Below are positions 12,832-25,878 of a stretch of DNA of 64,000 bases, piece after piece (position 1 is the stretch's first letter; each line of letters opens with the position of its first letter). The stretch lies in assembly GCA_951406725.2 (NCBI GenBank), contig OX597818.1, positions 3,968,001-4,032,000 on the forward strand, in the 5' to 3' direction. Made by a program: the position numbers and the translations under genes. Under the pieces are notes generated by a model, which worked only from the letters and a program-made list of their open reading frames with translations, searched no databases and was not told where the DNA came from. This stretch comes from Octopus vulgaris (lineage: Eukaryota).

Positions 12832-14100
12832 CTATTTACTTATTTTTTGAGTATGCATGTAAGTATGAATATAAGGAGGCGCGTGTGTGTGTGTGTATGT
12901 GTAAGCATAGATATATGTATACTTTTACGCATGTGTGTACTTATGTGTATATATGGATGCGCGCGTGTGTGTGTGTGTGTTTGGGTACGCATGTACATGT
13001 GTATGTGCGTGTATGTGTATATGAGTATATATGTAAGTGTGTGCGTATATTTGTATATGTATGTATGTATATGTATGTGTGTGTATGAATATATATATTT
13101 ATGCGCGTATATATATGTATGTATGTGGGTGTGTGTATGTGTATAAATGTATGTATGTATGGATGTATGGATGTATGTATGTATGTATACGTATGTATGT
13201 GTATGTGTGTATATGTATGTATGTGTATGTGTGTATATATATGTATATGTGTGTATGTGTGTATATATATGTATATATGTGTGTGTGTATATATGTGTAT
13301 ATATATGTGAATATATATATATATATATATGTATATATATGTATACATGTATGTATTTGTATGTAGGTGTATATGTATGTGCGTGTATTTATATTTATTG
13401 GTGTATATGTATAGACTAGCCTTCTAAGAGTGTAGACATGAATCTGTAGGTACGCGTATGTATGTGTATATACGTGAATATATGTAGATGTATGTATGTA
13501 TGAATATAACGCGTGCGTATGTGTATGTGTATGAGTGTACGAATGAGTGAGTGTACGTGCTAAAAAGTGCGCGTGAGTGAATGAGTGCTTGTTTTCCAGT
13601 AGACAGATAAATGGACTGGCTGTCATAGCCAAGATGTTTGTGACCAAGCGGCCAAAGATAACAAAAGTAATAAACTGAAGATAATAAAATTAAAATTAGG
13701 GAATGGGTCTGTATTTGTATGTGTATATATATGTGTGTATGTGGAGGTAAGCATAGGTACACATATGTATATATATATATATATATGTATGTATATGTAT
13801 GTATGTGTGTGTATATATGTGTGTATGTGTATATATGTGTATATAGGGACTAATGTGCTGCTGTGTGTGCATGTGTGTGTGTGGATATATGTGTGTGTAT
13901 GCGTGTATGTGAGTATGTGTGTGTATGTGTATATAAATTTTTCTGTGTGTATATGTATACATATATGTGTATGTGTAGATATGTATATGTATGTGTAAGT
14001 GTATATATATGTATATATATATGTGTGTGTGTATGTATGTGTGTATGTATATGTATATATGTTTGTATGTGTGTGTATATATGCATACATATGTGCATAG
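12766..14100. repeat. Compound (TA)n/(TG)n/(TATG)n microsatellite tract
   Basis: Directly visible low-complexity sequence. Confidence 0.9.
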
Positions 14101-14361
14101 GTATAAGTGAGAATCTCCTTATTTACCTAAAACTCTATTTCCCCTTTTTTTATATATATATATTTTATTTTTTATTTTTTTATTTTTTTATTTATTTATT
14201 TATTTATTTTTTTATTTATTCTTCTATCTAATTTAACCCTGACTCCTTGACCACTCCCCCAAGTATGATACTTTGCGCTATGCCTACCCCCAAAAAGTCC
14301 CCCACCAACACCCCTTTAAACCTGCCTAAATGTATAAATGCTAATACAATTCTTGTTAAAT

Positions 14362-14412
14362 AGCTTCCTGAAGATTTCTCTTGAATGAAACAGTACTAGT
14401 CCTGTAGAAGCT
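14362..14412 (+). ncRNA. Type I hammerhead ribozyme in a probable PLE terminal-repeat fragment
   Basis: AGCTTC-CTGAAGA-T-TTC-TCTT-GAA-T-GAAA-CAG-TACTAGTC-CTG-TA-GAAGCT. All three stems close, and AATAAA follows about 10 nt downstream. Confidence 0.8.
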
Positions 14413-14495
14413 CCTTCTATATAATAAATTAATTTTACTCTGCTATGTATTGAGTACCTTATTTACTGTGGTTAACCCCGAATCAACCCGGGACC

Positions 14496-14529
<34 letters not shown>

Positions 14530-14741
14530 TGTATATGTATACATGTATATGTATACATGTATATATGTACATGTATATATCCATATATATATACATGTAT
14601 ACACACACACAAAGATAAATTGAAAGATACAACTCAGTGGGCAAAGAAAAATATGAGACACTGCCTAGTGCATTTTTTTTATTTTGATAAGCCTGGTACT
14701 TATTCTATCAGTTTCTTCTTGTGAAACCAGTAAGTTATGGG

Positions 14742-14780
<39 letters not shown>

Positions 14781-14838
14781 TTCAATTTATCTTTGTGTGT
14801 GTGTATACATGTATATATATATGGATATATACATGTAA

Positions 14839-15068
14839 GGCGTCGAACTGGCAGAAACGTTAGCACGCCGGGCGAAATGCATAGCCGTATTTCGTCTGTC
14901 GTTACGTTCCGGGTTCGAATTCCGCCGAGCTCGACTTCGCCTTTCATCCTTTCGGGGTCGATAAATTAAGTACCAGTTACGCACTGGGGTCGATGTAATC
15001 GACTTAATCCCTTTGTCTGTCCTTGTTTGTCCCCTCTGTGTTTAGCCCCTTGTGGGTAGTAAAGAAAT
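14839..15068 (+). mobile_element. tRNA-derived SINE (octopus OK/OR-like)
   Basis: Pol III A-box-like TGGCAGAAACGTTAG and B box GGTTCGAATTCC. Close homologue at 16614. Confidence 0.85.
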
Positions 15069-15089
15069 ATATATATATATATATATATA

Positions 15090-15984
15090 CTAGCATTAAA
15101 GACCCATCGTTGCCGGGTCATAGAGCTAGCGCATGTTTATATGTGTATATATATGTGTACATATTACATGTACATCTATATATATATACATCTACACATA
15201 AAATGCAAAATACAAAGTTATATCTTGATATCACTAGTGATAACAATACTCAAAATATATAACAAACTGGAATTGTTAGCTCTTCTTTTTTTCTCTACAT
15301 TGTATACTTTATAGACAATAGTCTTTTCTTTAATTTAATTTTTTATTATCCATCTGGACTATTCCATTTCTGCACGCTAATTTTACTTTCAATTTATTCC
15401 CATTCATGTGAAACCACTTATTCAAGTTCAAATCATTGATGCAATTTTATACCAATTGCTATTTTTACTTTTGTTATGTTACGATTATATTATACTTTAG
15501 TTTGATTTTAATTATTACTTACTACATATAATTCAATTGTTATTATTATTTTTATTGTTAAAGTGAGAGCATCTGACATAAAATAGAGAAATATTTTTGT
15601 TTCACTTTTAACACGTAATACTGAAATAGTGGAGAAGATATGATATTGCTAATGGGCTCGCTCTAGGCAAGAAGTTAAACATTTTTTTTGCCCATGACAC
15701 TACATGGATCTAAGTAAGGCATGTGTAAAATTTGAATGAAATTGGTTGTGTAGTTCTCAAGTTTTAGGGAATCATAGTGGAGAAGATATGATATTGCTGT
15801 GAGCTCGCCCTAGGCAAAAAGTTAAACTTTTTTTGCCGATGACACTCCCCAGACCCTAAGTAAGTCATGTGTAAAATTTGAATGAAATTGGATGTGTAGT
15901 TCTCAAGTTTTAGATAAACACATAGACAGACAGACAGACAGATACACATTCTCAGTTTTATATATATAAAGATATATATATAGA
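15090..15984 (-). mobile_element. Non-autonomous Helitron-like element
   Basis: Minus strand begins A|TC-TATA and ends with the hairpin ACCCGGCAACGATGGGT followed by CTAG|T. Its internal motifs recur at 8400-8640, 16000-16075 and 45530-45780. Confidence 0.65.
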
Positions 15985-16237
15985 TCTACATGTAATATGT
16001 ACACTTGAGAACTACACAACCAATTTCATTCAAATTTTACACATTCATTACTTAGGGTCCATGTAGTGTCATAGGGGTCATAGCTGTAGTGTCACCTGAG
16101 CATAAAAGATGAGCATTATATGTAATTCAATGGTACAACAGTGTAAGAGTTTACTTTGACATCTATTTAGTTTCTGATTTCTGCACATATATACATGCAT
16201 ACGTATATACTCCCATACACACATACACACACACATA

Positions 16238-16398
16238 GGTGCAGGTGTGGCTATGTGGTAACAAACTTGGATCCAAAACACATGATCCTGAGTTCAGTCC
16301 CACTGTGTGGTGACTTGGCATGTGTCTTCTGCAATATCCTTAGATCAACCAAAGCTTCGTCAGTGGATTTTGTAGACAGAAACTGAAAGAAATCAATC

Positions 16399-16400
<2 letters not shown>
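16238..16400 (+). mobile_element. Second tRNA-derived SINE family (head region)
   Basis: GGTGCAGGTGTGGCTATGTGGTAA (A box) and GAGTTCAGTCCC (B-box-like). Minus-strand relatives lie at 1-60 and 59975-60325. Confidence 0.65.
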
Positions 16401-16453
<53 letters not shown>

Positions 16454-16575
16454 ATATAGAATAAATACCAGGCTTATCAACATAAAAAAAGCACTACACT
16501 GTGTCTCATATTTTTCTTTGCCCACTCATTTGTATCTATCAATTTATCTTTGTGTGTGTGTGTGGGTGGGTGTAT

Positions 16576-16613
<38 letters not shown>

Positions 16614-16616
<3 letters not shown>

Positions 16617-16842
16617 GGCGAGCTGGCAGAATCGTTTGTACGCCGGGCGAAATGCGTAGAGTATTTCGTCTGCCGTTACGTTCTGAGTTCAAATTCCGCT
16701 GAGGTCGACTTTGCCTTTCATCCTTTCGGGGTCGATAAATTAAGTACCAGTTACGCACTGGGGTCGTTTTAATCGTCTTAATCCGTTTGTCTGTCCTTGT
16801 TTGTCCCATCTGTGTTTAGCCCCTTGTGGGTAGTAAAGAAAT
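16614..16842 (+). mobile_element. tRNA-derived SINE (same family as 14839)
   Basis: High identity to 14839-15068. B box AGTTCAAATTCC. Confidence 0.85.
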
Positions 16843-17124
16843 ACATATATATATATATATGGATTTCGTAGACAGAAACTGAAAGAAATCAATCGTATAT
16901 ATATATGTATGTAGAAATCTAAGGGTATGTGTGTGTCTTTGTCTCTGTATTTCACCCTCATCACTGCTTCACAACTGCTGTTCATTTATTTACATCCCCA
17001 TAACTTACTGGTTTCACAAAAAGAAACTAATAGAATAAGTATCAGGCTTATCAACATAAAAAAAACACTAGGCTGTGTCTCATATTTTTGTTTGCCCACT
17101 CAGTTGTATCTATCAATTTATCTT

Positions 17125-17161
<37 letters not shown>

Positions 17162-17564
17162 GTAGAAAAATTATATATAAATATTACAAAAGGGGACAAG
17201 AAGGCAAACCACACAAAGAGACGACACAAAAAAACAGACGGGTCATTCGAAGCCTCTAATCTTCAGTCGGGAACCGGATCATCTTAACAAATTTGGCTGA
17301 TTAATCCTGATATTGCTCCGATCCAGCCAGCCCCAAGGAAAAACTAGGCTACGAGCATTAGATTTCTTGGAAAAAGAATCAAATGTATACGAAACAAGGA
17401 CAGAAAACCGGACGATGCACACGAATATAAATTCAGTGCAGCAGTTTTCGAATGTATAAGTAACACACAAACACATAAAGACATTGACTTTGATATAATA
17501 GATATGAATATGCACATATACATACATGTATATATATATATATATGTGAGTGTGCGTGTGTCTC

Positions 17565-17597
<33 letters not shown>

Positions 17598-17689
17598 AGT
17601 GTGCGTGTGTGTCTTATATATATATATAAGACACACACGCACACTCACACATATATATATATACATGTATGTATATGTGCATATTCATA

Positions 17690-18957
17690 TCTATTATATC
17701 AAAGTCAATGTCTTTATGTGTTTGTGTGTTACTTATACATTCGAAAACTGCTGCACCGATCATAATGAAATTTGGAACACAAAATCCAAGCCTACGGAGA
17801 AGGGTAATGCTGTGTGTTTCATACAATTTCATGGACAAAAATTACTGAATGGGTCCTTTTAATATTTGAAACTTAGATTCAATGCATAAGAGAGGGTATA
17901 ATGCAATATGTGGATAGAACCCTCATGAAAATTCATAAATTTTCAATGCTGATGAAGTTTCAACCATGGGTAATTGACACACATCAAGAAGTATTCTCAA
18001 AGTTTCCACTTCACATGAGGATTCTAAGACACCCTAATGGGGGCCTTAACTCCCAAATTTTAGTCATTTCTTTTATGATCCAAAACTAGGTCAAAAGTAC
18101 TGAATGGATCTTTAGGAAATTTGGGAATTATATTCTATGCATAAGGGCCATTTCATATATTTTAGCTGTTGAATGAAATTTTAACCATAGATATTAGACA
18201 CAAATGAAGTAATATTTATAAAATTTCATCTTCTTACAAGTCAGAAAGACCCCTCCATGGGGACTTAACACCCACAATTTAGTCATTTTATCTAAGAAAA
18301 GACAAATACAGTTGTACTCTTGGAAGCTGTAGGGTCATCCGAGCATAAAAGATGAGCATTATTTGTAATTCAATGGTACAACAGTGTAAGAGTTTGCTTT
18401 GACATCTACTTAGATGTGGTGCATAAATTGTCAAGTAAATGAGAGGTATCTTTGCCTCCACTGATTCAGTTGCAAAGTTTTAAGTAAAGTTATTTGGTTG
18501 CAGACATCCTTTCAGTCTTTTTATTATCACTGGGTCGCACATAGTCCCCAGATGGTAACATTGATTTCAAGGCCTTCCCAGATGAGTGACTGGTTATTCA
18601 AAGATATTTATAGATTGTAAATTTATTCTGTCCATTTACGTATCAGTATAGTGGTCATTTGCAAACTCCAGAGGTGACACTTTCATTTCTCCTTAGCCCT
18701 CATGTCACACAGTTGTTCATGTTTATTTCAGTTGGGTCATGCCCTTCAAATTGTTATAGATGCGTACTGCATCTTATGGCTGCGCCTGTCACCTGGATGG
18801 TGAGGAATCCTACATTGGGAGTGGTAACGACTAGGGTACTGTAGCTGACTGCTTATTGTGATCATTCGTCTTTTGGTTTCGTGTAGCTATTCTCTCAACA
18901 GAAAAGTCTAATTCTTCAATTGCATGTAACACGGGCAACATCAGGTATCTCTGCTAG
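17690..18957 (+). mobile_element. Non-autonomous Helitron-like element
   Basis: A|TCTATTATATC start and CACGGGCAACATCAGGT...CTAG|T end, with no TSD. Shares a block with 16080-16170. Confidence 0.65.
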
Positions 18958-19011
18958 TATGTATATATATATATATATATACATTATATACACACACACA
19001 CACACACACAT

Positions 19012-19075
<64 letters not shown>

Positions 19076-19175
19076 ATATAATGCATATATACATATATGT
19101 ATATATATATATTTATATATATACATATATATATAAATATATACATATATATATATATAAATATATACATATAAG

Positions 19176-19226
<51 letters not shown>

Positions 19227-19230
<4 letters not shown>

Positions 19231-20566
19231 ACGGAATCACCCGTCGTCGCCCGTCCCGAATGGCTCACACAAGTTCCGCCATGGAACCCAAAGAGGCGGA
19301 GAGAGGAGATACAGATAGATACTGCCACAACCTCAACAGCACAGAGATACAGAGGCACAACCCGAGATACAACCCAAAGAGGCAAGGCAACAACTGGCAA
19401 CACTGGCTTATATTCAAACAACAGTTTATACGACAATCAATTGCTACACATCAAATACATTTAAGGCAAACAACAAATCAATACATCATACGGTATACCA
19501 CAGATCAAAGCATTTAACAACATGCATGTAACAATATAACAGTGTTCAGTAACGACACAACAAGTCCAGATCAAATAATGTTCACGATACGTCACAGTTC
19601 AATCAGAACACTTCGATACATTATACAATGTTCGTATCACAACAATTCACGTTACAATTCAACAAGTCCTTTACTCAATTCACAATGTTCTTTATCGACT
19701 ACATCGACAGAGTCCTTCTTTTTCTCTCTTCTTTCTCTTCTTTTCTTTTACATCGTGACACATATCAATGCACAATCACATACCTTAATTCCTAACTGAA
19801 TCGCCAGTGTCCCATTCTGCACTCATCTCTTAATACTGCTAAATCCTCTGAATACTCTGCTAATTCCCCTCTGTGCATATTCCAATCGCTTGCTCCTAGG
19901 CCTCCTCGCATCCCAGCTCGCTCCCAGGAATTCCAACGCTTGCTCCTTAAATCCAAGGTTCCATCCACTCGCTCTGACCTCCAGAGTCCGTCTGTCTTCT
20001 TCGAGGACCGGCCAGCGACTGCAAGATCCGTCTGTGTTCTTCGACGACCGCTCAATGACTGCCAAGACCTCACTTCGTCTCTGTCCTTCTTCCACTCCCC
20101 TCATCTCCCTCTGTCTATATCGCTCTTACCCTTTCTAACTGCTCTCTGATTCCTTATACCCTATCTATATCGCCTGCTGTCTCTTAGCCTTTCTATCTGT
20201 CCCTTACTGCTTATCCTTTCTATTTGCCCTCTGCTCTTACTCTATCGCTATCGCCTGCCAGACTCTTAGCCTCTCCATCCGTCCCTTACTCTTATACTCC
20301 ATCTCTCTCATGACAGCTCTACCATACTCTCTGCCTGTCCTTCTCTCTTACTGTCAATACCCTCTCCATCTGCTCTTAGATTCCCTTAATCTGTCTTCCT
20401 CTTCTTTCACTTCTCACTGACCCTCTTATCAACCACACGAGGTCACAGGTCATTCCAAAACCCATTAGTCTTCCATTAGACAAAAGACTGTCACATTTCG
20501 CCCAGACATGCCGGAACCATAATTCCAATGTGGGTCACCAAGACTGCACTAGCTAAACTCATAACA
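19227..20566. mobile_element. Probable solo LTR inserted in (TA)n
   Basis: TGTTAC...ATAACA termini with ATAT on both sides. No coding capacity. Confidence 0.7.
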
Positions 20567-20691
20567 ATATATATATATATATATATAATGTATATATACT
20601 TATATGTATATATTTATATATATATATATGTATATATATAAATATACATATATACATATATGTATATATATATGTATAAATATACATATAT

Positions 20692-21005
20692 CATCATCAT
20701 CATCATCCTCGTTTAACATCCGTTTTCAGTGCTAGCACGGGTTGGACGGTTTGACCGGGCTCTGGAAAGCCAGGAGGCTGCACCAGGCTCCAGTGTGATC
20801 TGGCAGTGTTTCTACAGCTGGATGCCCTTCCTAACGCCAACCACTCCGTGAGCATAGTGGGTGCTTTTTACATGCCACCGGCACAGGTGCCAGACGAGGC
20901 TGGCAGCACCCATAATCGGCTGCTGCTTATTACGTGCCACTGGCACAGAAGCCAGTCAAAGCGGCACTGGCATCGGCCATGTTCGGATGATGCTTTTTAT
21001 GTGCC
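20692..21005 (-). mobile_element. RTE LINE 3' UTR fragment
   Basis: (CAT)n followed by GTTTAACATCCGTTTTC...GGATGCCCTTCCTAACGCCAACC, as in the other copies. Confidence 0.85.
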
Positions 21006-22072
21006 ATATACAAATAATTGAGATTCAGTTGAATTAGTTACTTAAGTTGAAGCACCAAGTCAGTTCAGTGTTATTCTCACAGCTCGAAGTAAGGTGAATA
21101 AAATGAAAATAAGCAACAGGATGTCAAGTAGTGACACCGTATGACCATTTCAAGCAGCTCCATGTAATTGAACAATGCAATCATTATATCAATTTAAATG
21201 CATTGCCATCATCAACTGCACAGATAAATAAATAGAATTTTAAACAACTGGACACATTAAAATAATTTTTCTCAAATACTTTAACAGAACAAGATGGAAG
21301 AAGTTCATGTTGTCACTACTGTAGCTAAGAATAGACTACACTTCCAAGAATGGCATGAAGCCCACTGGGGTCATAGCTTGTAAAGGATTGTGGTTCATTT
21401 CTAATTCATTTGTCTCTATATCTAAGACTTGAGAACTGTGTCTGTTTAGAATGAAGGGCAAGATTGAGTTGACTGCTTATGGCTCAGTGTGGTCATAAAT
21501 ATTACCATATGTATCCCTTTTCCTCAGGGAGGAAAGAAGACATTAGGATATATAGTGACTTGGATATAGAGCTACTGTCTATAAAAGGAGGCTGGGTAGG
21601 GGAAGACTCTAAATCCTGATGTTAATTACCAGTTAAAGGGGCAAGATGCTAATAAAACTTAGGATGTTAATACAGACGAAATTTTACCTTGGGGTACTAG
21701 GGGTGATTGTTTATAAACAATATTGTTATGTTGTATTAAAATAAAATTTAAGATTTTCAAAAATGATATCATAACCAAAATAGGTAAAATGTGTGCATAC
21801 ATTAAAAAGGAAAGATTACATAGAACAATTTTAATGTTGTACTTAACTAATTACTTATTAGGTAGTTTCTATAAAGACTGCTCAGGACATTTACCTATGG
21901 AATACTTGAAAGATAAATATATTATCTATATATTAATTATAAGCCAAGAATGAGAAAAAAATAAAGATGTGTACAGATACACAAACATATTACACAAACA
22001 TATACACAACAACAACAGCAACAACAAAATCAACCACAACCAGAGCAACAGCAGCAACAACAACAACACCAA

Positions 22073-22699
22073 TTGACCAGTGCGGTTCTTGCAGAACTGC
22101 AACAATCGATCTGTGCTTTAAAAGGGGAAGTAGCAGGAATAAAAGCAACCATTCAGGTTGGACTCCACAATGAGGGGTCTTATCGGAATGCTCTGCTAAA
22201 GAACCTCCCTGTACCTGTACCTCTTGTCGCATTTAAGACCGCGGATTCTGCCACCCATGAAGTCATTGCCATTGGGGTGCCAGAAGACATGGCTGATCTT
22301 CAGGCTTTTGCTGCCAACTCAGCCAAAGACCTAGGCTGCGTTCCCCCAACGGGTGCTATCCGCCTTGGACGACCTGGCCCAAAACCTAGGCTCATCAAGT
22401 TGTCTTTTACGGACCCCACTGAGGCAACCTCTTACCATCTGGCCTCAGTTAAAGCTGGGCGGGAAAATCGGACCACCTTCCGAACACGCCCAGGCTTACC
22501 GTCCGATGTACGCCCAAAGCTACGTGTAGTGGCTTCCCTGAATAGGAACTCAGCTCTACAGGAAAGCTTCAGTCTTCGGGAAGATGGACAAATCTGGAGA
22601 TTTGTCAAGACTGCTGAAACGTGGAAGAGAGATACCAGCTGGTCTGAGTGCTCTCTACCCACAATAACTAAAAAAACTACAGCAACTCAGGGAAACTAA
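22073..22699 (+). CDS. LINE ORF1 protein (probably 5'-truncated)
   Basis: Coiled-coil-like N-terminus and IGVPE...IRLGRPGPKPRLIKLSF RRM-like motifs typical of LINE ORF1. No ATG start. Confidence 0.7.
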   Translation: MTSAVLAELQQSICALKGEVAGIKATIQVGLHNEGSYRNALLKNLPVPVPLVAFKTADSATHEVIAIGVPEDMADLQAFAANSAKDLGCVPPTGAIRLGRPGPKPRLIKLSFTDPTEATSYHLASVKAGRENRTTFRTRPGLPSDVRPKLRVVASLNRNSALQESFSLREDGQIWRFVKTAETWKRDTSWSECSLPTITKKTTATQGN

Positions 22700-25520
22700 G
22701 CCAGAACAACCTGCCATCCTCTACACACCATCATAAACTGCGAGCAGGGTACAAATTGTTGTCCTTAAATGCTCGCAGTTTATGCAACAAAATACATTTG
22801 TTCAACGCCTACGTCAGAAGTGTTGACCCTGACTTCATCACTGTCACGGAAACATGGGCGCATTCCTTACTCTGTGATGGGGTTTTCAACATTACGGGGT
22901 ACAACCTCTTCCGTAAGGACCGCACTAACCGCCGTGGTGGTGGTGTGATGGTCTACGTTCGTTCAAATTTTTTGGTAATTCCTTGTGCCGATTTGAACGA
23001 ATCACAAGAAGAAGTTTTTTTCTGTGACGTGCGTATGACCATGTCAACACTCCTGCTTGGCGTTGTTTATCGTCCCCCAAGTTACCATCGGGACACACAG
23101 CTTTGCAATGTCCTCCGAGCTGCTGCCAGGAAAACAGCCACTTATGTGTTTATTGCAGGCGATTTCAATCATCCTGAGATCGATTGGGAGACCTTCCATT
23201 GGCCACAGAGTGCAAACGATTTTGTTGAGCTTGTGCTGGACTCAAACTGGTCACAAGTAGTCACCTCTCCAACAAGAGGCGACAACACCTTGGACCTGCT
23301 CTTCACCACAACTCCTGAAGCGGTTATCAATTGCACTACGGAGGAACCTCTAGGTGACTCTGATCATGCTATGATCATCGCCAATCTGGCTCTTGCGGGC
23401 AACAAAAACCTGAACCATCTCCAATCTGCTTCCTTCGATTGGAAGAGAGCAGATTGGAACCTGTACCACACTGAACTACAGCACCCAAACTGGCGTGAAT
23501 TCTACAACTCTGGAGATGTGAATACTATACTCCAGAGTATCCTGGACTCAATATGGGCAGCATGTGCAGCATCAGTGCCACGTAAACAAAAAAAGAAGAA
23601 CCGCCCCAAAAGGGCAATTTGGGAAACTTCAGCGGTCCGACTTGCCAGGAGGGAACGTCGGACTGCTGAACGGGAATACAGGTTGCATAAATCAGACACC
23701 AACAGGAAGAAGCGGAATAAATCCTCCAACCATCTCAAGCAAGTGACAAAAAATGCAGTGCTTGAATTTGAACAGTGCATAGCAGCCAATCCTGACAGCA
23801 AGGTTTTCTGGAAATATGTGCACTCAAAGCAGAGACCTCACTCTCCAGTGGGCCCTCTTCGCAACCCTCACACAAACCAGATCACTGACGACCCCAAGGA
23901 ATGCGCAGAACTCATTGCCGAGTGCTATGCAAACATATTCACTGTTGAAAGTCAAAATGTACCATCTTCACCATCACTAACAGCAAACTCCATAACAACT
24001 ATGGAATTTACACCTGCAATGCTGCGACGTCACCTTCAAAATAAGCGCAACTATGCCTCCCCTGGTCTCGATGGAGTTACATACCTGCTTCTCAAACGTG
24101 GCAGGCACTTCCTTTTACACCAGCTTTCTATTTTCTTCCAGTACTGTCTCAACAATGGTGCTACTCCGGAGCAGTGGAAAACTGCCAGTGTCATTCCTCT
24201 GTTCAAAAAGGGCGACCGCACATCACCTGTCAACTATCGCCCAGTCAGTCTCACTAGCTGTATTGCAAAACTGATGGAATCGTGTGTCAGAGAAACACTC
24301 TGGAACTTCTGGAGCTCTCACAGTCTCATCCGACCCTCACAATATGGATTTGTCCCTAACTCCAGCTGCAGTGACCAGCTTGTCGAGTTCCTTGAGGACA
24401 TTACTCAGATTACTGACAGTGGCTCATGGGTGGATGTTGTCTACCTTGACTTTGCTAAGGCTTTCAACTCTGTGCCACACAAAAGGCTTATGGTGAAACT
24501 CTCTGCAATGGGTGTGGGGGATGACCTTTTTAACTGGTTGAAATCCTTCATCCTCAGCCGAAAGGAGGTAGTCACAGTTCTAGGACAGCACTCTACACCA
24601 TATGAGATGTCATCGGGTGTACCACAGGGATCTGTCCTTGGCCCCCTCTTGTTTGTGGCATACATTAACGACATAGATGCCAATTTAAAGAATGCCACAG
24701 TATTGAAATATGCAGACGACATCAAGCTGTACCTTGAAATCAAGAGGACAGATCCTGATGTCTACAACTCTTTCCTGCAATCAGACCTAGACACAATGCA
24801 GCAATGGATCACAGACTGGCAACTGAAACTGGCTGTGGACAAGTGTACCACCATGCATTTTGGGAGAAAAAACCCTGCGTTCACATACTCCCTCCACAAC
24901 ACTGATATCAAGAAATCCTCTTGCGAGCGTGACCTAGGCATCACTGTCAGCAGTGATTTGCGTTGGTCAAAGCATATCTCTAAGATTGTCAGGAAGGCCG
25001 AGGGTGTCTTGGCATCACTCAGCAGGTCTTTTGTTAGCCGCTCTCCAGCCATCTATTTAAAACTGTATACAGCTATGGTACGACCACACTTGGAATTCGC
25101 ATCATCAGTTTGGAACCCCTATCTTGCACAGAACATTGACCTCCTGGAATCTGTCCAGAGACGTGCAACCAAACGCATACCCTCCATCAGACACCTACCA
25201 TATTCTGAGCGCCTTGTTTCCCTGGGCATGGATTCACTGAAGCTCCGGCGTTTGGCGACGGACTTGGTAACACCCACAAAGTTATCAACCACCTCACCAA
25301 CAACAACACTGAACACCTTTTTGATCTCCATGTGTCTAACACACGTGGACATGCCTACAAAGTCAGAAAACAATACAGCTCCCATGACTTTCGGAAACAT
25401 TTTTTCACGCTCAGAGTTGCTGAAGCATGGAATAAACTGCCTGCGTCAGTTGTTGACTGCCATGACACTGCATCTTTTAAGGCCCTCATGCTTTCCGAAA
25501 TCCGCCGAAACTTCACCTGA
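22672..25520 (+). pseudogene. LINE ORF2 (AP endonuclease plus reverse transcriptase) with a single frameshift near 25270
   Basis: NARSL, VTETW, GDFN, SDH; YLDFAKAF, GVPQGSVLGPLLF, YADD. The true C-terminus TRGH...FFTLRVAEAWNKLP lies in another frame ending at 25520. Confidence 0.9.
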
Positions 25521-25601
25521 TTATATATACACTTTAGATGAGTTGTAGTGCACCTGAGCACTGTACACAATTATTATTATTATTATTATTAACATATGTG
25601 T

Positions 25602-25878
25602 ACACATGCACACATACACAAATATTTATACGTTTCTATGGATATAGTAAAACCATCTTGCATAGACTTAAGTAACTGAAAAGTATCTATTTATGAACAA
25701 GAAAAATAATTTATAAGGGGTAAGAGGTTAATAGGTTATGCACATGCATGCATACATACACATACACAAATATTTATATGTTTATATGGATATAGTATAA
25801 CCATCTCACATAGACTTAAGTAGCTGAAAAATATCTAAGAACAGTAACAACTTACAAGGGATAAGAGGTTAATAGGTA
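25602..25878. repeat. Diverged tandem duplication of a ~140-bp unit
   Basis: ACACAAATATTTATA...CATAGACTTAAGTA.CTGAAAA.TATCTA...AAGAGGTTAATAGGT occurs twice. Confidence 0.75.

Larger units (their letters stand above)
22071..25590 (+). mobile_element. Near-intact CR1/L2-group LINE with (ATT)n tail
   Basis: ORF1, then APE-RT ORF2, short 3' UTR and ATT repeats at 25570-25590. Confidence 0.9.

Noticed and set aside
12650-14231. Many ORFs of 60-180 aa rich in Y/I/C/V/H/T, also near 17300-17800, 18900-19200, 35580-35990 and 44400-44690
   Set aside because: They are translations of (TA)n/(TG)n microsatellites, which lack stop codons.
17236-17280. CTGAAGA...CGAA motif on the minus strand
   Set aside because: The GAAA box and stem III are broken. 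It may be a decayed PLE hammerhead but cannot be supported.
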